From contig CAVXTH010000006.1 of NCBI GenBank assembly GCA_963764625.1, positions 640,001 through 704,000 of the forward strand: a stretch of DNA of 64,000 bases, in the 5' to 3' direction. Origin of the DNA: Candidatus Krumholzibacteriota bacterium. Its GTDB lineage: Bacteria > Krumholzibacteriota > Krumholzibacteriia > JAJRXK01. This document shows, piece by piece, positions 7,488 to 16,618 of this stretch (its first letter is position 1; each line of letters begins with the position of its first letter). The position numbers were made by a program, and so were the translations under genes. Under the pieces are notes generated by a model that saw only the letters and a list, made by a program, of their open reading frames with translations, was not told the DNA's origin and did not search any database.

Positions 7488-9008
7488 ATGTATCGGCACC
7501 ATTTCGGCCTGCGGGAGAAGCCCTTTCAGATCGCTCCCAGTCCGAGGTTCCTTTTTCCCTCCGAGACGCACGACGAAAGTCGCGCGCGCATTCTCTATGG
7601 GATCGAGGACAACCGCGGGTTCGTCGTGGTCTACGGCAGGGTCGGCCTGGGAAAGACCACGGTGTTGCTCTCGGTGCTCGAGGAACTCGACGCCAAGACC
7701 CGAACTGCACTTCTCTATCAGCCCATTTCCAGCTTTCACGATCTGCTGCGCATGACTGCTCATGAGTTCGGTCTGGGCAGCGAGAACCGGGATGAGGTGA
7801 ATCTCATCTGGGATCTGAACGAGTTTTTCATCCAGAGGCTGTCCGAGAGTGAGAAATGCGTGCTCATCGTCGACGAGGCGCAGAATCTCAGCCTCGAGAT
7901 CCTGGAGAAGCTTCGGACGCTCAGCAATCTGCAAACCGAGAGCGCCTCGCTCCTGCAAATCGTTCTGGTGGGTCAACCCGAGCTGTACGACAAGCTCTCC
8001 GATCCCCGGTTATTGCAGCTGCGGCAGCGGGTGGGCGTGTGGCACGAAATCGAGTCCCTCAATCGCGAGGAAACCACGGACTATATCTTGCATCGCCTGC
8101 AGCGGGCCGGTGCGCGCCGCCCCAAGGAAATCTTCTCGGTGAGAGTGTGCGAGCGCGTTCATGAGTTGACCGGAGGCGTCCCCAGAGTCATCAACCAGGT
8201 ATGCGATACAGCGCTGATGATCGCTTACGGCAAGGAATCGCCGCAAGTCGAGGTGGAGGATGTGGTGGAGGCGGCCCACGAGTTACACCTGGTGGAGGAA
8301 GAGCCCAAGCCTCGCGAGACGCAGCTAGCGAAGGAACGTCCCACTGAGGAACTCAAGAAGAGTCCGGTGTGGGCTCGACTCAGCTTCGCCGCGGTCATCT
8401 TGCTCGTCGTTCTGGGAGCGATTTGGATATTCTTCGGGGGAAATTTGCGGCTCGCGCTCCGGGGCGACCGCATGGCTACCGGGAGCGGCATCGTGGACGC
8501 GGTGGCCGCTTCACCCGCGACCGATTCCACCGCCGCGGCGCAGAATCTCCCCGCGGTCCAGAAGGAGGAGATGCGGGTTCCGAAGGAGTCGGGCAAGGAG
8601 ACTCCGGCCACGAGTCCCGGCGACGAAATCTCTCCGGAGAGAATGGAGCGCATGAAGGCCCACCTGGAGAACGTTCGCAGTTTGCGCGCGGCCGGGAAAC
8701 CCGTCTATACGGTGCATTTGAATTCGTTCAAAGAGGTGGCGCGCGCGCAGGAATTCGCTAGTGATATCGCGAGGGAACAAAACTGGGAGCAGCCGGTATT
8801 CATGGAGCGGAGCGGGCGTAATCCGGTCTGGTACCGGGTGTTCGCCGGAGAGTTCGGGCGGAGCCGCGATGCCCTGGCCTGGATCGAACAACTCAAAGTT
8901 GAACGAAGAGTGGTCTACGCCAATCTCCAGCAGCTGAGCCGTGATGTCGAGGTGCTCGTGCCGACCGAACCGGATTCGCGCGTGTCCCTGAATGGAGTGG
9001 ACGGATGA
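7488..9008 (+). CDS. ExeA/GspA-family AAA ATPase with TM helix and C-terminal SPOR domain
   Basis: N-terminal MYRHHFGLREKPF; Walker A GRVGLGKT; Walker B LIVDEAQ; LVGQPEL; GGVPRVIN; C-terminal YTVHLNSF...WYRVFAGEF. Confidence 0.88.
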   Translation: MYRHHFGLREKPFQIAPSPRFLFPSETHDESRARILYGIEDNRGFVVVYGRVGLGKTTVLLSVLEELDAKTRTALLYQPISSFHDLLRMTAHEFGLGSENRDEVNLIWDLNEFFIQRLSESEKCVLIVDEAQNLSLEILEKLRTLSNLQTESASLLQIVLVGQPELYDKLSDPRLLQLRQRVGVWHEIESLNREETTDYILHRLQRAGARRPKEIFSVRVCERVHELTGGVPRVINQVCDTALMIAYGKESPQVEVEDVVEAAHELHLVEEEPKPRETQLAKERPTEELKKSPVWARLSFAAVILLVVLGAIWIFFGGNLRLALRGDRMATGSGIVDAVAASPATDSTAAAQNLPAVQKEEMRVPKESGKETPATSPGDEISPERMERMKAHLENVRSLRAAGKPVYTVHLNSFKEVARAQEFASDIAREQNWEQPVFMERSGRNPVWYRVFAGEFGRSRDALAWIEQLKVERRVVYANLQQLSRDVEVLVPTEPDSRVSLNGVDG

Positions 9009-9835
9009 GCAGCATTCGTGATGCCCTCAAGCGTGCCGAGCGGGAACGACTGCGGCGGCAGGAAGAGGCGAAAACATTGAGTGAAGCGCGTACCTCGCAG
9101 GAGGAGTCCGGGGCCTTGTCCACCGAGGCGGATGGCCAGCGCAGCGCTACCGACCCGCGCCGCGAGCTCAAGGTGGTCGACAGTCAGCGGATCTTCACGG
9201 TCGAAGTGCCGATGGGTTTCACGGAAGAATTGGCGCTGTTCCGTCAGGGAGTGGAAGCGGCGGTCCCCAAGCCCAGGCGTTCGTTTATCCTCAGCGGCGC
9301 CACCGCCGGCGAAGGAGTCACCACGCTGACCACCTTCCTGGGGACGAGTCTCGCGGTGCGCGACGGCAAGAAGACGGTAATCATCGACGCCAGTTTCAAG
9401 TCACCGCGATTCTCGCGCATCTTCGGCCTTCTCGGTCGTCCGGGCCTCTCCGACTACTGCAGCGGTTCAGCCGAGTTGGCGGAGGTCCTCGCCAAGACCG
9501 ATTGCGATCAACTCTTCCTCATGGGAGTGGGAACCGAGCTCTATAACCCTTCCCTCATTCTCAGTTCCGATCGTGCTCGCAGCCTCGCTTCAGAGCTCAC
9601 GCAACGCTTCGACTACGTGCTGTTCGACACCGGCGCCGTGCTGAACCACGCCGAGACCTCCATGCTCTCCTCCAGCGTCGACGGAGTGGTGTTGATCGTC
9701 CGCTCGGGCAAAACGAAACGCGAGGTTCTCCTCAAGGCGGAAAAACTCATTCGCTTCAGCGGTGGCCGGGTGATCGGCTCGGTCCTGAACCGTCGTCAGT
9801 ATCCCATACCCGATTCGATCTACAAGCGACTCTAG
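9005..9835 (+). CDS. CpsD/CapB-like tyrosine kinase domain protein with degenerate Walker motifs
   Basis: Motifs GEGVTT, IIDAS, PGLSDY, FDYVLFDT, DGVVLIVRSGKT, GSVLNRR; ATGA overlap. Confidence 0.85.
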   Translation: MSSIRDALKRAERERLRRQEEAKTLSEARTSQEESGALSTEADGQRSATDPRRELKVVDSQRIFTVEVPMGFTEELALFRQGVEAAVPKPRRSFILSGATAGEGVTTLTTFLGTSLAVRDGKKTVIIDASFKSPRFSRIFGLLGRPGLSDYCSGSAELAEVLAKTDCDQLFLMGVGTELYNPSLILSSDRARSLASELTQRFDYVLFDTGAVLNHAETSMLSSSVDGVVLIVRSGKTKREVLLKAEKLIRFSGGRVIGSVLNRRQYPIPDSIYKRL

Positions 9836-9851
9836 GCCGGCGAAAGAAGCG

Positions 9852-11063
9852 ATGTCCCTCGCCCTCGACGCCCCACTGCTGCCATCCGGTTGTCACGCCC
9901 AAGAGCATCGCGTCAGAGAATTCCTCGAGCGCCTGGTCGAGCAAGCCCACAAGGCGCTAGGTACACGACTGCGGGCCGTGGTGTTGGGGGGAAGTCTGGC
10001 ACGGGGAGAGGGAGTGGTCCTTTCCCGCGGCGGCGAGGGCAGATTGCTCTCCGACATCGATCTCTATTTGGTGGTGAACGATCCGGGGACGGAAGAGTGC
10101 CAGGCCCTAAAGGGCGCACTTCGAGCGCAGATGAGCGACTCGTTCTTCGCGGCGCCGTTAGACCTGGGGCTCGTGGACGAATCCTGGTTCGTTAGCCTGC
10201 GATCCACCATTCCCGCGCATCAACTGGCCCACGCAAACCGGGTGATCTACGCGCAATCTCGCGGGTTCGAAGTGAAGATTCCCGCCACCCAGAGCGCGGG
10301 CTTCCCTTGCATCGATCGAGACGATGCACTTCGCCTCTTGATGAACCGCTACGCGGAGCAGATTCTCCTGGACGCGAGGGATCCCGAGTCAGACTTCGCG
10401 CGGTACCACCGTTGGAAGCTCCTGCTGGACGCGCCCTTGGCATGGCTGGCCATGCAGGGCCGGTACCATCCGAAGCGCGAACGGCAGCGAGACCTTCTGG
10501 GTGAGCTGGCGGGCCGGGGTGAAGCGGAGTTCGAGGAGTGGCTGGGAGCCGGCATGGCACGCCTGGAGCAGATTCAGAGGGCGATCGAAGGAGGGCCCAT
10601 TCCAGAGGCGGCGTTCCTAGAATTTCAGGGCAGTGAACTCGCGTGGTCCTGGCCCTTCTTTCGAGCCGGGCTGAGAGTCGCGGCCAAAGAAGACCCAAGC
10701 AGGGGAGAGGAGTTCTTGCGCGAGGCAGTGGCTCTGGGGGCGCCGCGCGAGGAAGACCTGGAGCTCGGGATCCGGTGGCTGAAGCGACGCCCGGTTCTCT
10801 CCCGTTTGCGTGAAGCGAGACGATGGTCGCACGAGAGGCCGTCGGGCGGAAGCTCGTGGATGTCTCACGCCCGGGGAGGAGCAGGAAGGGACAGAGTTCA
10901 ACTCGCGTGCTCGCTCTTCTTCGCGGGCCTTTCCGATTGGGTGGAGGCGTTGCGCAATCTGGTGAAGGAGGACGAACTGACACGCAGAAGCCGGAGTACC
11001 GACTGTGGAGTGTGGCTCGGTGAGCTGTGGTCCGAGTGGGTGATGGGAGGGAGTCGCACGTGA
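9852..11063 (+). CDS. Pol-beta-superfamily nucleotidyltransferase-like protein
   Basis: LGGSLARGEG...LSDIDLYLV (GS plus DxD signature) followed by a helical region. Confidence 0.65.
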   Translation: MSLALDAPLLPSGCHAQEHRVREFLERLVEQAHKALGTRLRAVVLGGSLARGEGVVLSRGGEGRLLSDIDLYLVVNDPGTEECQALKGALRAQMSDSFFAAPLDLGLVDESWFVSLRSTIPAHQLAHANRVIYAQSRGFEVKIPATQSAGFPCIDRDDALRLLMNRYAEQILLDARDPESDFARYHRWKLLLDAPLAWLAMQGRYHPKRERQRDLLGELAGRGEAEFEEWLGAGMARLEQIQRAIEGGPIPEAAFLEFQGSELAWSWPFFRAGLRVAAKEDPSRGEEFLREAVALGAPREEDLELGIRWLKRRPVLSRLREARRWSHERPSGGSSWMSHARGGAGRDRVQLACSLFFAGLSDWVEALRNLVKEDELTRRSRSTDCGVWLGELWSEWVMGGSRT

Positions 11064-12214
11064 AACGCCGTAAGATCGCACTCATGGTCATGGTCGACGC
11101 GCTGGGGGGACGCTTCCTACGGGGACACAATTTTCTGCCCGAGATGCAATACCGCGCCTCGTTGCGAACCGTCCTGGGCTTTTCCTGCGCCTGTCAACCC
11201 ACTCTTCTCAGCGGCAAGCTGCCGGCGGAAAACGGGCACGGCGCCATGTACATCAGACGGGCTGAGGAGTCGGTTCTCGACGCGGCCCGGCCCTTCGACA
11301 GGCTTCCTACCTTCCTGGCGGAAAATCACCGGGTGCGGGCGAAGATCTACGGGCGAGTGGCCTCGCGCATCAACGGCTACTTCAGTCTCTACGACGTTCC
11401 CACGCGCCTGCTCCCGCATTTCGATCTCTCCGAGCAACGGCGGATTTTTTGGCCGGGTGGACTCAATCGCGCGATGAGCATCTTCGACCGGCTCGTCGAA
11501 TTGGGATTGGAGTTTCGCAGCTACGATTGGAGTACGCCGGAACTGGAGAATCTACAGGCCTGCGAACGGGATATCCGTAGCCAGCGGGTCGATTACATCT
11601 TCCTCTATCTTCCCGGTCTCGATGGACTCCTTCACGCCCACGGCCCCGGCGGCTCCGAAGTCCTGAAGCATCTCTCCTGGTACGAGTCGCGGCTCCGACG
11701 GCTTCTGCATCTGGCCGACGAATACGCCGATCACTGCGAGTTCTTCCTGTTCAGTGACCATGGGATGAGTCCCGTTCACGGAGGCATCGATCTCATCTCC
11801 AAGATCGAGCCCTCGATGGGACGCAACGGCAAGCGCTATCTGGCCTTCTACGACTCGACCATGGCGCGCTTCTGGTACGAGGACGAACGAGTGGGCAGCG
11901 AGTTGGTCTCGCTGCTCTCGCAAGTAGAAGGCGGACGCCTGATCCCAGAAGACGAACGCGCCGAACTCGGAGTACGATTCTCCGACCGAAGCCAGGGCGA
12001 CCTTCTCTTCGTGGTGCAAGAGGGCCTTTTGATTTTGCCCAGCTACATGGGAAAGCAAATGCTGGCGGGCATGCACGGCTACCATCCGGACGCACAGCAT
12101 GCCGACGCTTGCCTCCTGGGCTCTTACGCGCCGGATCTCGGCGTGAGTCACATCCGCGATCTTTACCGGCTCATGGATTCCATCGCGGTCAGCGTGAAGG
12201 ACTCGAAAGAATGA
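11060..12214 (+). CDS. Alkaline phosphatase superfamily (nucleotide pyrophosphatase/phosphodiesterase-like) protein
   Basis: Metal-ligand motifs VDALG, DGLLH, SDHGM, GMHGY; GTGA overlap; no signal peptide. Confidence 0.85.
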   Translation: MKRRKIALMVMVDALGGRFLRGHNFLPEMQYRASLRTVLGFSCACQPTLLSGKLPAENGHGAMYIRRAEESVLDAARPFDRLPTFLAENHRVRAKIYGRVASRINGYFSLYDVPTRLLPHFDLSEQRRIFWPGGLNRAMSIFDRLVELGLEFRSYDWSTPELENLQACERDIRSQRVDYIFLYLPGLDGLLHAHGPGGSEVLKHLSWYESRLRRLLHLADEYADHCEFFLFSDHGMSPVHGGIDLISKIEPSMGRNGKRYLAFYDSTMARFWYEDERVGSELVSLLSQVEGGRLIPEDERAELGVRFSDRSQGDLLFVVQEGLLILPSYMGKQMLAGMHGYHPDAQHADACLLGSYAPDLGVSHIRDLYRLMDSIAVSVKDSKE

Positions 12215-13761
12215 GCCGGGATCTCGCGCGCTATGCCCGCTCCGGGGCCTGGTCCACCCTGGCCTATGCGATTCAGGTGGTGGGGGCCCTGGCGGTGAGC
12301 ATCGTGGTGGTGCGCGCGTTGGGGGAGACGCAGTGGGGCGTACTGAGCGAGATTCGGCAGCTGGTTCAGCTTTGCACCATCCTGGGCGGTATGGCGCTCG
12401 AGCGCAGCATCCTGCGCTTTCTCCCCCAACTGATCAGCGAGAAGAACGAGAGCGGCGCGCGGTCTCTGTTCTGGAAGACCATGGCGGTGCGGACCTTGCT
12501 CTGGCTTCCCCTGTTTGCTCTGGCGCTTCTCTTCGGGGGGCAGCTCGACCATTTCTTCCACATTCCGGTCTACGAGCTGGTGCTGATCGGCGTCGCCAGT
12601 TCCTTGGTGTTCTCCGTCTCCAATCACGTTCGTGCCGGAGCTTCCGCGCGCTTTCAAACCCGTAGCGTGGCGGTGGGAACCGCGGTGGGGAGTTTAGCCA
12701 CGCTGGGGGCCACCGTCTGGGCACTGTGGAGCGGCAAGGGAGTGGCCGGCGTACTCATTGCCGCGGCGATCGGCATCGCAATCGCAACTGCCGTGCAGTT
12801 GCCGGCCGCGCTCGGCCCGGGGGCAAGCCGCAAAGCAGGGTCGACGGGATCGAGCGGTTTCTCGTTGCGCGACCGGAAGTTCATGTCCTATGCCTTCCCT
12901 TTCGCGGGGATCGCGGTCTTGAACTACGTAGTCCATTCGGCGACCGAGGTCTTTTTCCTGGGTCATTTCCACGGTCCCGCGCTCGCTGGTTTCTATGTCT
13001 TGGGTTTCAGTTTCGCCCAAAGGCTCATCGACTTCCTGCCTCTGGCGCTCTGGGAGGTTTCCATGGCGGGCTTCGCTGAAGTCGCGGTGCGCGACGCGGA
13101 GCGTCTCCCCGCCGCCCTTCTGAGCTACGTAAAGCTGCTCTATATCGTCCTTCTTCCTCTGGCCTGTGTGGGAGTGGCGTTCTCTCCCGCGCTGATTCGC
13201 GTGTTCTACGGAGAGGCGATGGTGCGCTCGGCCGTGGTGAGCCAGGGCTACTTCGCCATCGCGAGTGTCGCCGCGATGGGAGCTCCCATCGGAATGGTCG
13301 TGTACGCCCGCGATCGCACCGCTTCGGCTTTGAAAGCATACACCGTCTTCGCGGTGGCAAACGTCGGGCTCGACCTGGCCTTGATTCCCGCTCTCGGTCT
13401 GTGGGGCGCCATTCTGGGATTGGGACTCGCGAAGATTCTCTCGGTCCTTTTGATGTCGCGGATCGCCTGGCAGGAGAGTCCTCGACTTCAGATTCCCTGG
13501 ACCTTTCTCATCAAAGCACTGGTGGCCAGTGCTCCCGTCTTTCTGTGGTGGCTGGTGCCGTCCTCGCAGCATGCGGTGCTTCCGGTCCTACTCGGCTTGG
13601 TGGGATCGTTTCTCCTGTTGGTTCTCTCATTCAGGCTGGTGGGGGTCATTGGGAATGCAGAGGCTGCTCTCATTCGTGGCACCCAACTGCCGCTGCGTGA
13701 CGTTCTGTTGCGTTTACTCGGAGCTCCGGCCGAAGCGGTAGAGCCGCCGGCCGCGGCCTAG
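12211..13761 (+). CDS. wzx: Wzx-type oligosaccharide flippase (1)
   Basis: About 12-14 TM helices; MOP-family pattern VVVRALGETQWG, AGFYVLG, LIPALGLWGA; ATGA overlap. Confidence 0.85.
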   Translation: MSRDLARYARSGAWSTLAYAIQVVGALAVSIVVVRALGETQWGVLSEIRQLVQLCTILGGMALERSILRFLPQLISEKNESGARSLFWKTMAVRTLLWLPLFALALLFGGQLDHFFHIPVYELVLIGVASSLVFSVSNHVRAGASARFQTRSVAVGTAVGSLATLGATVWALWSGKGVAGVLIAAAIGIAIATAVQLPAALGPGASRKAGSTGSSGFSLRDRKFMSYAFPFAGIAVLNYVVHSATEVFFLGHFHGPALAGFYVLGFSFAQRLIDFLPLALWEVSMAGFAEVAVRDAERLPAALLSYVKLLYIVLLPLACVGVAFSPALIRVFYGEAMVRSAVVSQGYFAIASVAAMGAPIGMVVYARDRTASALKAYTVFAVANVGLDLALIPALGLWGAILGLGLAKILSVLLMSRIAWQESPRLQIPWTFLIKALVASAPVFLWWLVPSSQHAVLPVLLGLVGSFLLLVLSFRLVGVIGNAEAALIRGTQLPLRDVLLRLLGAPAEAVEPPAAA

Positions 13762-13773
13762 GAGGTTGATTCC

Positions 13774-14145
13774 ATGAGGAATGTCGTGGTCCTGCTAGCG
13801 TGCTTAGGGCTCATGGTGACCGCCCAGGTCTTCTGGAAGACCGCACTGGGAAGAGTGGGAGTGGTGGACGTCATGTCCAGCAGCCTTCCCGGAAGGGTGT
13901 TGTTGTTGGCAAAGTCGTGGCGGATCGTGGTGGGTTTGGTCATGTTCGGCCTGGCGACCCTCTTGTGGTTCGATCTGCTCAGCCGCATGGAACTCTCACT
14001 CCTGTATCCCTTCATGAGTCTGAGTTACGTCATCGCGTTCTTTGCCGGCTGGATGTTTCTCGGCGAGCATCCTCAGCCGCTACGGCTGGTGGGAATCGTC
14101 GTCATCATGGTGGGCATCGCTCTCGTCGCGCGGAGTAGTCCTTGA
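13774..14145 (+). CDS. SMR/EamA small transporter, ArnE/ArnF-like lipid-linked sugar flippase subunit
   Basis: 123 aa, 4 TM; motif LSRMELSLLYPFMSLSYV...FLGE; AGGAGG RBS. Confidence 0.8.
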   Translation: MRNVVVLLACLGLMVTAQVFWKTALGRVGVVDVMSSSLPGRVLLLAKSWRIVVGLVMFGLATLLWFDLLSRMELSLLYPFMSLSYVIAFFAGWMFLGEHPQPLRLVGIVVIMVGIALVARSSP

Positions 14146-14164
14146 GGTGAGTCTGGAAGCTCTC

Positions 14165-16618
14165 ATGAACGCGGGCCGAACCCGGCGCCTTCTCTTCGGA
14201 GCCGCATGTACTCTGCTGTTCCGGGGTCTCGTAGGTGCCAGCTTTCTTTCCCTGGCACTCCGTGTCTGGGGGGTATGGCTCATTCTGTTGTTCGCACCGG
14301 GAGTGACCGCGCGAGCTGACACGTGGTGGAAAGCGGGTGATCTTCCAGCGCGACTCGGGTCGCTGGTGCTGGTCTCCAGCGCCTGGGATCTCTCGTGTCT
14401 CTTCTTGATTCATCTGGCTGGAGGCGGGTTGCGCACGGGACTCGTACTCCTCAGCCTCACGTTTCCTCTGCTCACCCTGAGTCCCTGGCCAAGGCGGGTG
14501 TCATCGCCCGCTGCCGCAAAACGAGTGCTCATCCTGCTCGGCGTGGGCGCGATCGTACTTTTCATCCATCTTGGTAGGCAAACGCCGCAACTTCGTATAG
14601 ATAGTGATGTTCCAGCTCATTTGGGTGCGATTCACGATGCCTTGACGCAGAATCGCCTCCTCCCGCTCGACGGATCCTTTCCGGGGGCACCGACGGCGCG
14701 CGACCCACGCATGGGCATCCTCCACGGGGTGCACGCCGCCCTGGCGGAAGTTCTGACCGCCGATCCAGCACGCGTATGGGGACTGAGTGGGGGGATTCTG
14801 AGCCTCATGTTCTTGGTGTGCTTCACCTGGCTCTTCACCGAGTGGGGGCTCACGAATGGGGTGGCGATCCTCGCTTCCCTCTTTCTGGCACTTGGAGCCG
14901 GGGGAGGTTCACCCCTGGGAGTGTGGGGGGCCGTGTATCCGGCGCAATTCGCATTGGCACTTGCCGCTGCTTCGGGAGCCTGGTTGCTGCGTGGACGACG
15001 TGACCACGGTGGAGCAGGTCAGTGGTGGATAGGAGCCGCGGGGCTGGGGCTCTCCGTGTTGATTCATCCATTCGCCTGGTGGGGGATGTGCATCGTGCTG
15101 GGCCACCTCGTGATCCTGTCGTGGATCATGCGGCGACCCAGAGAGGAGAGCCTGGCGGTCCTGCGTTTTCTCGTCTTGAGTGGGGCGCTGGGAATCGTCC
15201 TCGTGCTTCCGCTAATGCTGCACGAACCAAAGCAATCCGGTCAATGGGAGCTTGCGGGGATTCTTCGATTCGGAGACATCGGCTTCACCATGGATCCGCT
15301 CCTTGTGTTGCGATGGAGCGGCGTTCTCGCACCCCTGGCGATCGTACTCGTGGTGTGGCGGTGGCGCCGCTGGAAGAACTCATTGCCCGGACTCTTCATG
15401 ATTGCCAGCGCCCTTCCGATTTGGACGATCACGTTTGATCCCTTCTTGCAACCCTTCGTATTCAAACACTGCGGGTACCTTTCCGAACGGCTTGGGCTCC
15501 TTGCAGGAGGCCCAGCCATCGTGCTGCTCGCTCTTCAGCCGCTGGGGAGCTCGGCATGGGGACCCGTCCGCCGAGGCGTGTTCGGGCTGGTGCTCCTGGG
15601 ATTGGGAGTGGGGGGCTGGATCCATCTCAAGAGTTCGCCGTACAGGCAATCCGACTCGGGTGAGTCGACGCTTGCCAAACTCAGCGCGACACTCAGTCAG
15701 ATGGGGGGCGTCGTTGTGGCCGACCCACTGACCTCCTACGCGCTCAGGGGTACGATGGGGGGGACTTTCGCGCTCTTGCCGGTATCGCATGCGAGCCCGT
15801 TGGATGGAAACATTGAAACAAGGATGGTCTGGTACCGGACGATGTTGGCGGAGGATGCGCCGCCTTCGGAGTTTCAGCAAGCTCTCCGAGCCCTGAGCCC
15901 TTCGCTTCTCGTTCTGAGGAACCAGGTGGAGGAAGAGTACGACGACTCGAAGGTGTACGGCTTCGTTGCATCGGATTCGAGACAGGCAGCGCTGCGGAAG
16001 AGGCTCGAGAGGTCGGGTACCCTACCGCTGGCGGAAGATCATGGGTGGGCACTCTACGATGCGGAGAAATTGAAGCCGGTTGCACAAAGGACCCATCCGT
16101 CTCCTGATAGTCACGCGAACGCCCTGAGCCTGGTCGAAACTGGAAAGTTGGAGCTTTTGAACTTTGATGTCTTGGAGAGCCGGACGAGTCCAGGAGACAG
16201 TGTGACGCTACGAGCCCGCTATCGCGAGATACTTGACTCGACGCAAACCCGGCAGTGGAAGAAACTGACAGTAAGATTCCTTGGTCCCCATGAACCTGTG
16301 CCAGAGCCTCTTCGCGGCGTGAGTAAAGTGTATCGAAAGCTCATCCAAGAGAAATCACTCAATTCAAAGGCTCGGTTTACGGTTTCCCTCGTTCCCAACG
16401 ATGGGTACCCTCGATTTGAGGCAGTGTGGGTAGAGCAGACAAGAGTGGCCGTTCCCGGCTGGCTTCAAGCCGGGAACTACCGTGTGTCCGCAAAGCTGGA
16501 GAACGATGTGTGGAGGCCAGTCCGGAGCGTCGCTGATTACCTTGACGATCGCAGTCGCTGGACCGGAGTTGCAATGGATACGCTCAAGATTGACCCCAAA
16601 GGCAGGACGGCGAGATGA
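14165..16618 (+). CDS. Large polytopic membrane protein with C-terminal soluble domain, putative GT-C-fold glycosyltransferase (paralog A)
   Basis: More than 12 TM segments; loop motifs DSDVPAH and RDPRMG; shares motifs with 40097..42541; start uncertain (14147 or 14165). Confidence 0.6.
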   Translation: MNAGRTRRLLFGAACTLLFRGLVGASFLSLALRVWGVWLILLFAPGVTARADTWWKAGDLPARLGSLVLVSSAWDLSCLFLIHLAGGGLRTGLVLLSLTFPLLTLSPWPRRVSSPAAAKRVLILLGVGAIVLFIHLGRQTPQLRIDSDVPAHLGAIHDALTQNRLLPLDGSFPGAPTARDPRMGILHGVHAALAEVLTADPARVWGLSGGILSLMFLVCFTWLFTEWGLTNGVAILASLFLALGAGGGSPLGVWGAVYPAQFALALAAASGAWLLRGRRDHGGAGQWWIGAAGLGLSVLIHPFAWWGMCIVLGHLVILSWIMRRPREESLAVLRFLVLSGALGIVLVLPLMLHEPKQSGQWELAGILRFGDIGFTMDPLLVLRWSGVLAPLAIVLVVWRWRRWKNSLPGLFMIASALPIWTITFDPFLQPFVFKHCGYLSERLGLLAGGPAIVLLALQPLGSSAWGPVRRGVFGLVLLGLGVGGWIHLKSSPYRQSDSGESTLAKLSATLSQMGGVVVADPLTSYALRGTMGGTFALLPVSHASPLDGNIETRMVWYRTMLAEDAPPSEFQQALRALSPSLLVLRNQVEEEYDDSKVYGFVASDSRQAALRKRLERSGTLPLAEDHGWALYDAEKLKPVAQRTHPSPDSHANALSLVETGKLELLNFDVLESRTSPGDSVTLRARYREILDSTQTRQWKKLTVRFLGPHEPVPEPLRGVSKVYRKLIQEKSLNSKARFTVSLVPNDGYPRFEAVWVEQTRVAVPGWLQAGNYRVSAKLENDVWRPVRSVADYLDDRSRWTGVAMDTLKIDPKGRTAR

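Noticed and set aside
11060-12214. Sulfatase activated by the FGE-domain or radical SAM protein
   Set aside because: There is no CxPxR/SxPxR signature (it reads CQPTL), and the FGE domain lacks the catalytic cysteines.
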